Part shown: positions 44,801 through 53,273 of the stretch, one piece after another | How positions within the stretch are numbered: position 1 is the stretch's first letter | How the letters are laid out: every line of letters begins with the position of its first letter | Origin: an uncultured Porphyromonadaceae bacterium | GTDB lineage: Bacteria; Bacteroidota; Bacteroidia; Bacteroidales; Barnesiellaceae_A | Length of the DNA stretch: 64,000 nucleotides | Direction of reading: 5' to 3' | NCBI GenBank assembly: GCA_937891845.1 | Contig: CALATP010000064.1 | Span: forward strand, 14,567 to 78,566 | Program-made: the position numbers and the translations under genes | The notes under the pieces: model-generated | Told to the model about the DNA's origin: nothing | Databases searched by the model: none | Seen by the model: only the letters and a program-made list of their open reading frames with translations

Positions 44801-45383
44801 GAGCCAAGATGTAACAAATGCCTATTTTGAATACTCAAAAGAAGAAAACTTCATATCAAGCACAGTAGTATTTGTTTCGCTTGACGACGATACCGAATAC
44901 TCAACAACTTTGAGCGATTTGAGCTACGAAACAGTATATTACTACCGATTCTGTGCTATGGATAGGGATTATACAGTTTATGAAGGTGATATATTGTCAT
45001 TTGTTACTGATGATGCCCCTGTTGAAAATGTAGAAGAGTGCTACACATTGTCGGCATCGGTTGAAGATGCAAATGTAGTGATGACCGGAGGAGTTCCTGC
45101 TGCAACATTGAAAGCAATTGAAAATGGTACATACAAAAACGTACAATATGGATTTGAAATAGCAACAAGCAAGGGCGAATTGACAGGTAAGAAACCTACA
45201 TTTGTTACGAATGAAATAGACGAAGATAGCGGTCTGTTTACCATTACAAAAGTGTTGCAACCCAATACCACTTACTACATCCGTGCGATGGTATTCTTCA
45301 ATGACAAATGGGTTGTCGCACCTGAGATAGTCTCTGTAAAAACAGCCGACTTCGATCCCGGTCTGATACCCCCAGATGTATAA
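41826..45383 (+). CDS. Large secreted protein, unknown N-terminal half plus C-terminal FN3-like array
   Basis: 1,185 aa with a signal peptide (MRRNIKHLIVWVLMLMVLAPNVKAQ). From about nt 44080 there are four to five FN3-like units (TDITYNSATLNAEL...ITGLRSNTQYEYYAY; LDLTPSTYYRYRLV; LSDLSYETVYYYRFCA; LQPNTTYYIRAMV). No T9SS CTD is present. Confidence 0.8.
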   Translation: MRRNIKHLIVWVLMLMVLAPNVKAQVDLQSSFMVMRKDSLINGILEGGEWIIKFTDTDTLGNIYDYPVAMNVQSIVKPDTAFIPLEEVDSVMFQLPESEMEYGVFELKEEHFKYIVSSDSVTTVNFRIDCLTQIDLPRVGQKVICNILRDPLPFGLVGQVKSVKVSYDDGYIQMVCNPLTLGDIYTKYYKVSVTDEMDESVTPSGSRATRALAPPAMKPQDYEITPKKLGCPFKGGSYLVCDDNANLKITNDPGLLSSSSHIFSFGVEVDGSIAVYHIAAIDRERDLDYTDVFIEFDLLAKLPMRFTMAKFNPMKNMWEGTPFEKKDKLEIDFPNIPTPVPGLSVTTRTGMEYDASIQLVFQIAPTIPIRKRIGLHLDGLNSSGIFDDLPGDQNPKDNNEEGINTSILLRGSISVGMYIEAGLSIANFFDLVINVKPTVRLGGSIDFNPGHINNRVTDIENGDIEMMKEIYTNFTQNNGLNIEAGVILDGKAKIPAIDVLELSLVEFLKSVGVLKGDPFMFPASRISALSPFTPSDISLMSIGLNDYYSMTFERDAIASTALFQDKATGGLFFKDKSNKFIISREIDSWKDIYDKNNAFDLGQSCRGEKVSVYPYLYTTYTGYMTPGKAEDVYIPFQPTIEIVGEPSYDVIKFKGAVVEDEIKNNIDKYRKVRVLIEVVDKSENGFFNNTTQSYDLDDNGEFEGQIERHMFQNYFGLKARKANISVQVYDPDDNVYCSSEKVYAEYLDLSRPTTLAATDITYNSATLNAELSEDLIFEILYGDSKVKLGFLYHIPGESGTTQEVEFDANDIIDNGKYYHTITGLRSNTQYEYYAYTRVDGIRYDGDVFYLNTESPISNVRYESGSDFIITYADIVQGFVDASARQDIYFELTDFDDRKFEKATKLNVEPEDWTIHEDGSATVDVMFLDLTPSTYYRYRLVLIDASGYKIISEEKVAITSESDLKATTGYATVDGNTATIRGSISPYLLELLKSQDVTNAYFEYSKEENFISSTVVFVSLDDDTEYSTTLSDLSYETVYYYRFCAMDRDYTVYEGDILSFVTDDAPVENVEECYTLSASVEDANVVMTGGVPAATLKAIENGTYKNVQYGFEIATSKGELTGKKPTFVTNEIDEDSGLFTITKVLQPNTTYYIRAMVFFNDKWVVAPEIVSVKTADFDPGLIPPDV

Positions 45384-45403
45384 AGACAATAAACCCAATA
45401 AAC

Positions 45404-45437
45404 AAAAGGCTGTGCCCATCGGCACAGCCTTTTGTTG
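45404..45437. terminator. Bidirectional hairpin terminator between convergent genes
   Basis: AAAAGGCTGTGCC-CATC-GGCACAGCCTTTT is a perfect 13-bp stem flanked by A and T runs. Confidence 0.65.
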
Positions 45438-45487
45438 TATAATATGAAAGAGGAATTTCTTGAAGAACAAAAGATAGCTGCCTGAAA

Positions 45488-45880
45488 TCAATCTAACTCC
45501 GGATTGATAACCGAATAAACACGAACGGTCTTTTTCTTGGGGCGTGTATTGGTGTATATATATATGCTTTTGATATATTCACCTTCACGACCCGTCGGGT
45601 CAAGTGTTACATTTACAGTCCCTTTCTCACCCGGAGCAATAGGCTCTTGGGTAAAGTCGTATGTTATGCAACTACATTTTACATATACGCCCAATATGAC
45701 CAAAGGTTCATCACCCTCATTCTCTATTTCGAAAGCGTAACTCACTTTGCCATCAGCCTCATTGATAGAGCCGAAATCATACGATTCTTGCAGATACTTG
45801 GCGCGTGGTTGCGACACAGCACCCACTGCGATCATAGAGGCAAGCATTAAAGCCGATATCTTAATAGCTGAATACTTCAT
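45488..45880 (-). CDS. DUF1573-like secreted protein
   Basis: I trimmed to the ATG that gives a signal peptide (MKYSAIKISALMLASMIAVGAVSQ). The core (YDFGSINEADGKVSYAFEIENEGDEPLVILGVYVKCSCITYDF) matches the DUF1573 pattern as I recall it. Confidence 0.75.
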   Translation of the reverse strand: MKYSAIKISALMLASMIAVGAVSQPRAKYLQESYDFGSINEADGKVSYAFEIENEGDEPLVILGVYVKCSCITYDFTQEPIAPGEKGTVNVTLDPTGREGEYIKSIYIYTNTRPKKKTVRVYSVINPELD

Positions 45881-46194
45881 AAGGCAAAGATACAATATTT
45901 CTACAATGCAATTACTATAATGCGCGAATTATAATTTTAGTGGTATCTTATCAAACAGTTGAGAAGAAATATTCAGGTTTTGATGCAGATATACATTGCA
46001 AGCGACATAAAAGGCATCACAACGACCGAAAGCAGGTAGTTGTTACAATTCCTATGAGATAATAAGTAGGGCATATTGGTGTTGAAATTATAGAATAATC
46101 GTTGTGTGTTGAGTGTATTAGAAAATAGATATTTTTTTTGCTCCCCACCGGTTTTTCGGGGCTGTGCCCGATTTCTACTAATTGTGGTGCATAT

Positions 46195-46224
46195 ACGAAA
46201 AAAGCCACTCGATTGAGTGGCTTC
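46195..46224 (-). terminator. Intrinsic terminator after tRNA-Lys
   Basis: On the minus strand, AAGCCACTC-AATC-GAGTGGCTT is followed by TTTTTC. Confidence 0.55.
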
Positions 46225-46229
46225 TTCTG

Positions 46230-46302
46230 TGATCCGCCTGGGGCTCGAACCCAGGACCCCAACATTAAAAGTGTTGTGCTCTACCTGCTGAGCTAGCGAA
46301 TC
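46230..46302 (-). tRNA. tRNA-Lys (anticodon TTT)
   Basis: The minus strand folds as a cloverleaf. Acceptor: GATTCGC/GCGGATC. D arm: GCTC-AGCAGGTA-GAGC. Anticodon arm: CAACA-CTTTTAA-TGTTG. T arm: CTGGG-TTCGAGC-CCCAG. Discriminator: A. No CCA is encoded. Confidence 0.9.
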
Positions 46303-46403
46303 ATCATTGTGCTTTTCCTTAAAAGCGATGCAAAGGTATGATTTTAATTATTATCTACCAAATTTTATCACTGTTTATTTTGTTAACAAATATAAACGCG
46401 CGT

Positions 46404-47531
46404 CTAAACATCTAGTTTTGTGTCGGTTGTATTATCGCTTTTGTATAGAGGCTTTTTGTCTATGATATAGCGTTGGTAGTAAGAAAGCAATAGGGTTGTG
46501 AGTGGTAGGGCAATGATGAGTCCTACAAATCCCAATAACGAGCCCCAAATAGAGAGTGATAGTAGGATGAGGGCAGGATTGAGTCCTGTAACATTACCCA
46601 TAATGCGAGGAATGAGAAAACCATCTTGTAGTATCTGACATACGATAAAGACAAGAATTGTGAGTCCTCCCAGTACCCAGAAGTTGGCTCCGCCATCAGC
46701 TGCGCCTATTATGCATAGCAATAGGGCCGGTATGTAGCTGAGGATTTGCATATAGGGGACTAGGTTGAGTATGCCGACCAGTATTCCCATTGGTATCGCC
46801 ATAGGCAGGCCGATAATGAGAAATCCTACACAATGTGATAGTCCTACAATGGTGGCTATGAGAGCTTGTCCTCTAAAGTATCGATTCATACTCTCTTTCA
46901 TATCGCCGGCTATTTTGGATGCTATGGGACGATAATTATGAGGTACGAGTTGTCCAAAGCGATCGGCAATATTGTCATAGTCGATGAGGATAAAGAATAC
47001 GTACAATATAACGATACTCCAACTGAATATGGTGGCTACGCCGTGTACCGATGTGCTAATGACATTTTGTATCTGCATCCATATATTGCGACCTAATTCG
47101 CTCCATTGTTCGGGGCTGAGTAGCTTGCTGAGGTGATCGAGGGTAATATTTTGTCGCAAGAAGTCTTGTAATGCTACTGGCAGATAGGGTATGAGGTCGG
47201 TAGACTTGACATATACCGTAAGCAATCGGTATAGGTGTTGTGTCTCGTTGATAATCATTGGTATGACAATAACACCTATAAGGGTGAGTGCTATAAGTAA
47301 CTCGCCAAATGTTGCGAAAATGGAAAGGGTGCGTTTTTTGATGCGCAGTGTGCGTTGGTTCCATTCGACTATAGGGTTGAGCATATAAGCTATGAGCCAA
47401 GCTACAAGAAAGGGTAGAATTACGCTCTTGAGCCTGTTTAATAGCAATATTATACCAGCAATGATGGCTAGGGTGATAATAATGCGTACCACTCGGTCAA
47501 ATGTGTAGGGCTTATGCGAGTTGTTTACCAT
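46404..47531 (-). CDS. AI-2E family (PerM/UPF0118) transporter
   Basis: 375-aa polytopic membrane protein with family-typical segments (VILPFLVAWLIAYMLNPIVEW, ALIIALPLT). Confidence 0.82.
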   Translation of the reverse strand: MVNNSHKPYTFDRVVRIIITLAIIAGIILLLNRLKSVILPFLVAWLIAYMLNPIVEWNQRTLRIKKRTLSIFATFGELLIALTLIGVIVIPMIINETQHLYRLLTVYVKSTDLIPYLPVALQDFLRQNITLDHLSKLLSPEQWSELGRNIWMQIQNVISTSVHGVATIFSWSIVILYVFFILIDYDNIADRFGQLVPHNYRPIASKIAGDMKESMNRYFRGQALIATIVGLSHCVGFLIIGLPMAIPMGILVGILNLVPYMQILSYIPALLLCIIGAADGGANFWVLGGLTILVFIVCQILQDGFLIPRIMGNVTGLNPALILLSLSIWGSLLGFVGLIIALPLTTLLLSYYQRYIIDKKPLYKSDNTTDTKLDV

Positions 47532-47591
47532 ATCACATATAACGTGTTGTTGGATTGATGAGTTTGCTCGGTATTGCTCGGTATTGCAATA

Positions 47592-48179
47592 TTATGCTTC
47601 GTTTTTCTCTTTCATACGGCGCAAATAACATTTGCGACATAGAGGTTGATATTCGTTTTTCTCGCCCAATAATACTCGACGGTCGCTGTCGACAAGGCGA
47701 TATGAGTAGTTGGCAGTGTGACCACATTCTACACAGATGGCGTGAACTTTGCTCACATCATCGGCTAGTGAAAGCAGTGCGGGCATCGGGCCAAAGGGGA
47801 TGCGACGATAATCGGTGTCGAGTCCGGCAACGATTACGCGGATGCCGTTGTCCGATAGTTGTGTGCATACGTCAACCAATCCATCATCAAAGAATTGTGC
47901 CTCGTCGATACCTACAACATCAACATCGGTAGTCATCAATAGTATGCTGCTAGAGTTGTCGACGGGTGTAGAGTGTATAGCGTTGCTGTCGTGCGAAACT
48001 ACTTCGTCATCGGAGTATCGTTTGTCAACAGCTGGTTTGAATATTTCGACCTTTTGACGAGCAATTTTGGCGCGTTTGAGACGACGGATGAGTTCTTCGG
48101 TTTTTCCCGAGAACATTGAGCCACAAATAACTTCTATGCTACCGCGGCGGCAGGTTTCGTAATTATCTTCGTTGAACAT
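47592..48179 (-). CDS. tdk: Thymidine kinase
   Basis: I trimmed to the ATG (MFNEDNYE...). It has a P-loop ([12 protein letters not shown]), a Walker B ([10 protein letters not shown]) and a C-terminal zinc ribbon (CVECG...CRKCY). Confidence 0.9.
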   Translation of the reverse strand: MFNEDNYETCRRGSIEVICGSMFSGKTEELIRRLKRAKIARQKVEIFKPAVDKRYSDDEVVSHDSNAIHSTPVDNSSSILLMTTDVDVVGIDEAQFFDDGLVDVCTQLSDNGIRVIVAGLDTDYRRIPFGPMPALLSLADDVSKVHAICVECGHTANYSYRLVDSDRRVLLGEKNEYQPLCRKCYLRRMKEKNEA

Positions 48180-48334
48180 ATTGTGTGTTTTTAGGTAATG
48201 AGCGGTAAAATTACACATTTTTTTTAGATTAAAGTTGATTGTGCGATATATTTATTATGAGGTTGTATTTTTTAGAAAATAATTATAGATTTGTAGTCCG
48301 ATAATATTGTCACACATTTTAAGTCCATAACACT

Positions 48335-49126
48335 ATGACAACTTTGTTATTACCCATATTGTTGGCATTATTGCCTGTAATATTGCTGATTATGTTTATT
48401 CAGGCCAAGGATAAGTTACATCCCGAACCCGCAATGCAATTGGTGAAAGCTTTCTTTGCCGGAGTGCTTACACTACCGATTTCGTTATTGTTTTATTATA
48501 TGCTTATGGGCTCTTATGAATGTGCAGAGACTGTAGGCGGGCAGATTATGAATGCTTTTGTGGGAGCTGCTATCCCCGAGGAGAGTGCCAAACTGTTGGT
48601 GTTGTGGCTTGTGTTGAGGAAAAACCGGTTCTTTGATGAGCATTTGGATGGTATTGTATATGCTGTAATGGTGGGCTTGGGATTTGCAGCCATAGAAAAT
48701 ATACTTTATGTATTGTTTAAAGAGAATTGGATCGCGGTGGGTATAGTTCGTTCATTGCTTGCTGTTCCGGCACATTATATTTTTGCTGTGTTTATGGGCT
48801 ATTTCTATACAAAGGCCTATTTTGCACGAGACAAGAAGTGGCTCAATTATGCGTTGGCCTTGTTTGTACCCATTGTGTTGCACGGTGTATATGATATGCT
48901 GTTATTGGTGGGTGGTGTATTAGGAGGATGGATTTGTGTTATGTTATTTGTAATGTGCTGTGTGATGTGTTATTTTCTGCACAAAGCTGCCTATGAGCGC
49001 ATCAAATTGATGGCGCAATCGGATATGATTATTATGCCTGAACCAGCCACCGATAATGTTGCGAATAGTAGTGATAATATAGAATATATTGAGTATGAAG
49101 AGAATAATAATGCAAATAAAGAGTAG
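48335..49126 (+). CDS. PrsW-family intramembrane metalloprotease
   Basis: 263-aa multi-TM protein with the EExxK (IPEESAKLLV) and HxxxD (LHGVYDML) motifs of the PrsW family. Confidence 0.78.
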   Translation: MTTLLLPILLALLPVILLIMFIQAKDKLHPEPAMQLVKAFFAGVLTLPISLLFYYMLMGSYECAETVGGQIMNAFVGAAIPEESAKLLVLWLVLRKNRFFDEHLDGIVYAVMVGLGFAAIENILYVLFKENWIAVGIVRSLLAVPAHYIFAVFMGYFYTKAYFARDKKWLNYALALFVPIVLHGVYDMLLLVGGVLGGWICVMLFVMCCVMCYFLHKAAYERIKLMAQSDMIIMPEPATDNVANSSDNIEYIEYEENNNANKE

Positions 49127-50270
49127 AATAAAGGTGCTGTGTGTTGTGGCTGTTGCTACAATGTGGATGGTAGTGAATGCACAACAAAACATAGGAGTAA
49201 ATACTGCTGTTATTGTTTCGCCTAATGTGCAGGATGGAGTGGTGGAACTTTTCTTGTCTATGCCCAATGCGCAGTCGGTAGTGGTGCAAGGCGATTGGCT
49301 GGATGCTCCTGTTGCTATGTCTCGTCGAGAAGATGGTGTGTGGTGTTATCGTAGTGATGAGTTGTTGCCCGGAATGTATACTTACACATATAATGTAGAT
49401 GGTGTAACAATGATAGACCCATCGTGTGTCTACTCGGTACGTGATGTGAGTACGCTGTTTAGTTATTTTATTGTATCGGGTGGAGTGGCCGATAATTATG
49501 TTATAAATGATGTTTCGCACGGTACGGTATCGTCTCGATGGTATTATTCTGATGCGATGGGATATGATCGCCGGCTCACTGTATACACTCCTGCCGGCTA
49601 TGAGACAGGAGAATTGCGCTATCCGGTGTTGTACCTGTTGCACGGTATGGGCGGTGATGAAACTGCGTGGCAAGAACTAGGTAGAGCTTCTGTTATATTG
49701 GATAATATGATAGCATCGGGTAGTGTAGAGCCTATGATAGTGGTTATGACAAATGGAAACGTGGCGCAAAAAGCTGCTCCGGGACACTCGTCGAGAGGGT
49801 TGGTGCCTGTGAGATTTGATGAGCCTCGTACTTGTAATGGCGAGTTTGAGGCTGCATTTGGCGAGATAATAAGTTTTGTCGACACACAATATCGCACGCA
49901 ACCCGATGCGGCTCATCGTGCTATTGCGGGCTTGTCGATGGGAGGTTACCATTCGATGTATATATCGGCCAATTGGCCTCGTATGTTTGATTATGTAGGG
50001 CTTTTCTCTCCGGCTATTGAAGCACGCGGTGTTCACGCAGTGTATGATGATATAGATGCAAAGTTGGCTATGCAGCGTGATGGAAATATGCGATTGTATT
50101 GGATTGCCATTGGTTGTGATGATTTCTTATATAAAGAAGTGGCCGATTTTCGTGACCGACTCGATGCGTTGCACTTCCCTTATACCTATCGTGAGAGTAA
50201 AGGTGGCCATCGTTGGAGTAACTGGCGTATGTATCTTACTGAATTTTTGCCTCTGTTATTTAAGAATTAG
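49095..50270 (+). CDS. Secreted esterase (esterase D/enterochelin-esterase-like alpha/beta hydrolase with N-terminal E-set/CBM48-like domain)
   Basis: The start is set at an ATG giving a signal peptide (MKRIIMQIKSRIKVLCVVAVATMWMVVNAQQ). It has YPVLYLLHGMGGDETAW and a nucleophile elbow (GLSMGG). The first codons overlap the end of the PrsW-like gene. Confidence 0.8.
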   Translation: MKRIIMQIKSRIKVLCVVAVATMWMVVNAQQNIGVNTAVIVSPNVQDGVVELFLSMPNAQSVVVQGDWLDAPVAMSRREDGVWCYRSDELLPGMYTYTYNVDGVTMIDPSCVYSVRDVSTLFSYFIVSGGVADNYVINDVSHGTVSSRWYYSDAMGYDRRLTVYTPAGYETGELRYPVLYLLHGMGGDETAWQELGRASVILDNMIASGSVEPMIVVMTNGNVAQKAAPGHSSRGLVPVRFDEPRTCNGEFEAAFGEIISFVDTQYRTQPDAAHRAIAGLSMGGYHSMYISANWPRMFDYVGLFSPAIEARGVHAVYDDIDAKLAMQRDGNMRLYWIAIGCDDFLYKEVADFRDRLDALHFPYTYRESKGGHRWSNWRMYLTEFLPLLFKN

Positions 50271-50409
50271 TTTCTGATTGATATTATTAATATTTTATAC
50301 GACGGTTGTACTCTGTCGTGATGACCTGATGTAGAACATTGATAGGTCGCGTGTGCTATTGTGTCAAATAAAATGTTTGTTTTGTTATTGTTTATTATGA
50401 CAATTATTG

Positions 50410-50417
50410 TACATTTG
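50410..50417 (+). promoter_or_regulatory. Candidate -7 promoter box (TACATTTG) for the MarR gene
   Basis: It matches TAnnTTTG 23 nt upstream of the ATG at 50440 and lies inside a TTGTA(C)ATTTGCA direct repeat. Confidence 0.25.
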
Positions 50418-50439
50418 CATAGTTGTATTTGCAATTATT

Positions 50440-50907
50440 ATGGATATTAACTTTTCTACTTTCAGTCCCGAATTGTTGTTTTCGATGATAAGTGGTAAAT
50501 TATCGGCAGCAATCAGTCGTCGGTTATATAGGGTGTTTCGTCAAGAAGGAATTGAGGTGACTCCCGAACAATGGACCGTGATGTATTATTTGTGGTCGCG
50601 CGATGGCGTGACTCAACAAGAGTTATGTAATCTCACGTTTAAGGATAAGCCCAGTATGACACGCCTCATTGATAATCTTGAGAAGTTGAATTGTGTAGAG
50701 CGCATTCCCAGTAAACGAGATAGGCGCATCAACATTATTATGCTTACCGAGAAAGGCCACGCGCTGGAGGGAATAACCAAGCCTGTTGTACTCAGTGTTA
50801 TTCGTGAGGCGTTGGCATCATTATCATCCGACGATATAGATGTAGCTTGTCGGGTGTTGATATCGATATTTGACAATTTGCGTAATTCTCTAGAAATCAA
50901 GAATTGA
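50440..50907 (+). CDS. MarR-family transcriptional regulator
   Basis: 155 aa from the ATG. The winged-helix region (TPEQWTVMYYLWSRDGVTQQELCNLTFKDKPSMTRLIDNLEKLNCVERIPSKRDRR) is typical of MarR. Confidence 0.85.
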   Translation: MDINFSTFSPELLFSMISGKLSAAISRRLYRVFRQEGIEVTPEQWTVMYYLWSRDGVTQQELCNLTFKDKPSMTRLIDNLEKLNCVERIPSKRDRRINIIMLTEKGHALEGITKPVVLSVIREALASLSSDDIDVACRVLISIFDNLRNSLEIKN

Positions 50908-50918
50908 GGTGATTTGAT

Positions 50919-51941
50919 ATGAAGCGTTTGTTTATTGTATTGCTCGGTCTGACATCGTTAGTTGCATCGGCGCAGTATTATGTGCCGGATGTGCTGGGTA
51001 GTGGATTTGAACAGCACACTTTTATTATGGCCGATGATTATAAAGGAGAAGTTGTATCGACGTTGGTGCGAAAGATGTCGCCCGATACGGTGCAGCGTGC
51101 AGTGTTGTATGTACACGGTTATAATGACTATTTTTTTCAGACCGAGATGGCACAGCAATTTATCGATAACGGATTTAATTTCTATGCCATAGACTTGCGT
51201 AAGTATGGTCGTTCACTGCGTCCCGGACAATGGGAGTATGAAGTGCGAGATATGAGTGAGTATTTTGCCGATATAGACTCGGCACTGATGGTCGTAAAAC
51301 GAGAGGGAAACAGTACTGTTGTGATGATGGGACATTCGACAGGAGGTTTGACAACATCCTTATATTGTCACGCAAGAAAAGATAACAACAACATTGATGC
51401 ACTGATACTTAACAGTCCGTTCTTTGAGTGGAACTTTAATGCGATGTATCGCAATGTACTCATTCCATCGGTCGCATTTATGGGTAAATATTTTCCCGAT
51501 TGGGGTTTGCCCGACGCAACACGCGTGTCGCCCTATGCTATGAGTCTGTTGGCTACTTATAATGGAGAGTGGGAGTATAATACCGATTGGAAAAAATCGA
51601 TGTCACGAGGAGAGCGATTTGGTTGGATAAGAGCTATCGACCAAGGTCATAAACTAATACAAAATGAGGTGGATATAATGTGTCCTATTTTGTTGATGCA
51701 CTCCGATAAGACCATTAGAGGTAATGAGTGGACTCCCGATTTTCAATGTGGCGATGCGGTATTGGATGTAGAGCATATAGCTAGATATGGGCAAGGTATA
51801 GGACGAGATGTAACCGAAGTCACTGTAACTGATGGCTTGCACGATTTATTTCTATCGCGCCAAGAAGTGCGCAAGGAGGCCTATCGGGCAGTATTTGAAT
51901 GGTTACGCATTAAAGAAATAATATCCAATGAAGATAAATAA
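50919..51941 (+). CDS. Alpha/beta hydrolase (lysophospholipase/monoacylglycerol-lipase-like)
   Basis: 340 aa with a signal peptide, an oxyanion region (VLYVHGYNDYFFQ) and a nucleophile elbow (GHSTGG). Confidence 0.8.
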   Translation: MKRLFIVLLGLTSLVASAQYYVPDVLGSGFEQHTFIMADDYKGEVVSTLVRKMSPDTVQRAVLYVHGYNDYFFQTEMAQQFIDNGFNFYAIDLRKYGRSLRPGQWEYEVRDMSEYFADIDSALMVVKREGNSTVVMMGHSTGGLTTSLYCHARKDNNNIDALILNSPFFEWNFNAMYRNVLIPSVAFMGKYFPDWGLPDATRVSPYAMSLLATYNGEWEYNTDWKKSMSRGERFGWIRAIDQGHKLIQNEVDIMCPILLMHSDKTIRGNEWTPDFQCGDAVLDVEHIARYGQGIGRDVTEVTVTDGLHDLFLSRQEVRKEAYRAVFEWLRIKEIISNEDK

Positions 51942-52404
51942 GACCAATGCGGCAAGGTTGCTTGATAAGGCGCATATTCCTTATGAACTGATACCTTATA
52001 CGGTAGATGAAAATAATCTTGCAGCCGAACACGTAGCTCAAGAATTGGGCGAAAATATAGAACAGGTATTCAAAACACTTGTTTTGAGAGGCGATCGTAA
52101 TGGTATATTTGTGTGTGTAGTACCCGGAAATAAAGAAGTTAATCTCAAGTTTGCTGCCAAAATATCGGGAAACAAAAGTGCCGAGATGATAGCGATGAAA
52201 GAGTTGTTGCCCACAACCGGATATATCAGAGGCGGATGCTCGCCCATAGGTATGAAAAAGCCGTTTCCTACCTATATACACACCTCGTGCAATGCATTTG
52301 AATACATATACATAAGTGCCGGAGTGAGAGGTTTGCAGATAAAAATATCGCCTATCAGGCTTATAGAATATGTGGGTGCAATAGTTGGTAATATTGCCGA
52401 GTAA
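51928..52404 (+). CDS. ybaK: Cys-tRNA(Pro)/Cys-tRNA(Cys) deacylase YbaK
   Basis: 158 aa. The N-terminus (MKINKTNAARLLDKAHIPYELIPY) and YbaK/EbsC core (FKTLVLRGDRNG...GGCSPIGMKK) are characteristic. Confidence 0.85.
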   Translation: MKINKTNAARLLDKAHIPYELIPYTVDENNLAAEHVAQELGENIEQVFKTLVLRGDRNGIFVCVVPGNKEVNLKFAAKISGNKSAEMIAMKELLPTTGYIRGGCSPIGMKKPFPTYIHTSCNAFEYIYISAGVRGLQIKISPIRLIEYVGAIVGNIAE

Positions 52405-52476
52405 GATGGATTATATGTGAAAATAAAATTGTAACTTCGCATCACTTTTACATTAATCAAGAATAAAGATACAATT

Positions 52477-53268
52477 ATGTCACAACATACACGAGAAGAA
52501 AAGTTGGCGGCTTTTGGTCGCCTTTTGGATGTGCTTGACGAATTGCGTGAAAAATGTCCGTGGGATCGTAAGCAGACCAACGAAAGCCTTCGACCCAATA
52601 CGATTGAAGAGACCTATGAACTGTGTGAGGCTATTATAAAATGCGATGATGAGGCCATCAAGAAAGAACTTGGTGATGTGTTGTTGCACGTAGTTTTCTA
52701 CTCGAAGATAGGCGAAGAGAAGGGGCTGTACGATGTAGCCGATGTGTGCAATGCACTGTGCGATAAACTTATATTCCGCCATCCGCACGTGTTTGGTGAT
52801 GTGAGTGTCGATGGCTCGCGACAAGTAGAGCAAAATTGGGAGCAAATCAAGCTCAAAGAGAAAGGCGGGAACAAGACTGTCTTGGCAGGTGTACCTGCAG
52901 GATTGCCTGCTCTGGTCAAGTCGTTTCGTATACAAGAGAAGGCCTGTAATGTAGGCTTCGATTGGGAGAAACCCGAGCAAGTGTGGGATAAAGTAAAAGA
53001 GGAGTTGAACGAACTCATCACAGAGATAGAGAAAGGTGACAAAGACAATATGGAAGCCGAGATGGGTGATTTTATTTTCAGCATTGTCAATGCCGCTCGT
53101 CTTTATAAGATCAACCCCGAGAATGCGTTGGAGCGTACCAATCAAAAGTTTATCAGACGATTTAATTATGTGGAAAGTGTGGCGCATTCACAAGAAAAAA
53201 GTCTCAAAGAGATGACACTTGCCCAGATGGACGAGTTGTGGAATGAAGCCAAACATAAAGGATTGTAG
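52477..53268 (+). CDS. mazG: Nucleoside triphosphate pyrophosphohydrolase MazG
   Basis: 263 aa with tandem MazG EExxE motifs (IEETYELCEAI...ELGDVLLHVVFYS; second half EELNELITEI...EMGDFIFSIVN). Confidence 0.9.
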   Translation: MSQHTREEKLAAFGRLLDVLDELREKCPWDRKQTNESLRPNTIEETYELCEAIIKCDDEAIKKELGDVLLHVVFYSKIGEEKGLYDVADVCNALCDKLIFRHPHVFGDVSVDGSRQVEQNWEQIKLKEKGGNKTVLAGVPAGLPALVKSFRIQEKACNVGFDWEKPEQVWDKVKEELNELITEIEKGDKDNMEAEMGDFIFSIVNAARLYKINPENALERTNQKFIRRFNYVESVAHSQEKSLKEMTLAQMDELWNEAKHKGL

Positions 53269-53273
53269 TGCCA

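Noticed and set aside
46017-46265. 82-aa ORF on the minus strand.
   Set aside because: Its 5' part overlaps the tRNA-Lys gene and that gene's terminator hairpin. The rest is intergenic sequence with no coding signal.
13004-46302. Whole surface-protein block as a genomic island integrated at tRNA-Lys.
   Set aside because: I saw no integrase, transposase, conjugation or phage genes. By eye I found no direct repeat of the tRNA-Lys 3' end in the candidate boundary regions (12755-13003, 14893-15152, 17981-18461, 22059-22350). A compositional difference is only an impression and was not computed.
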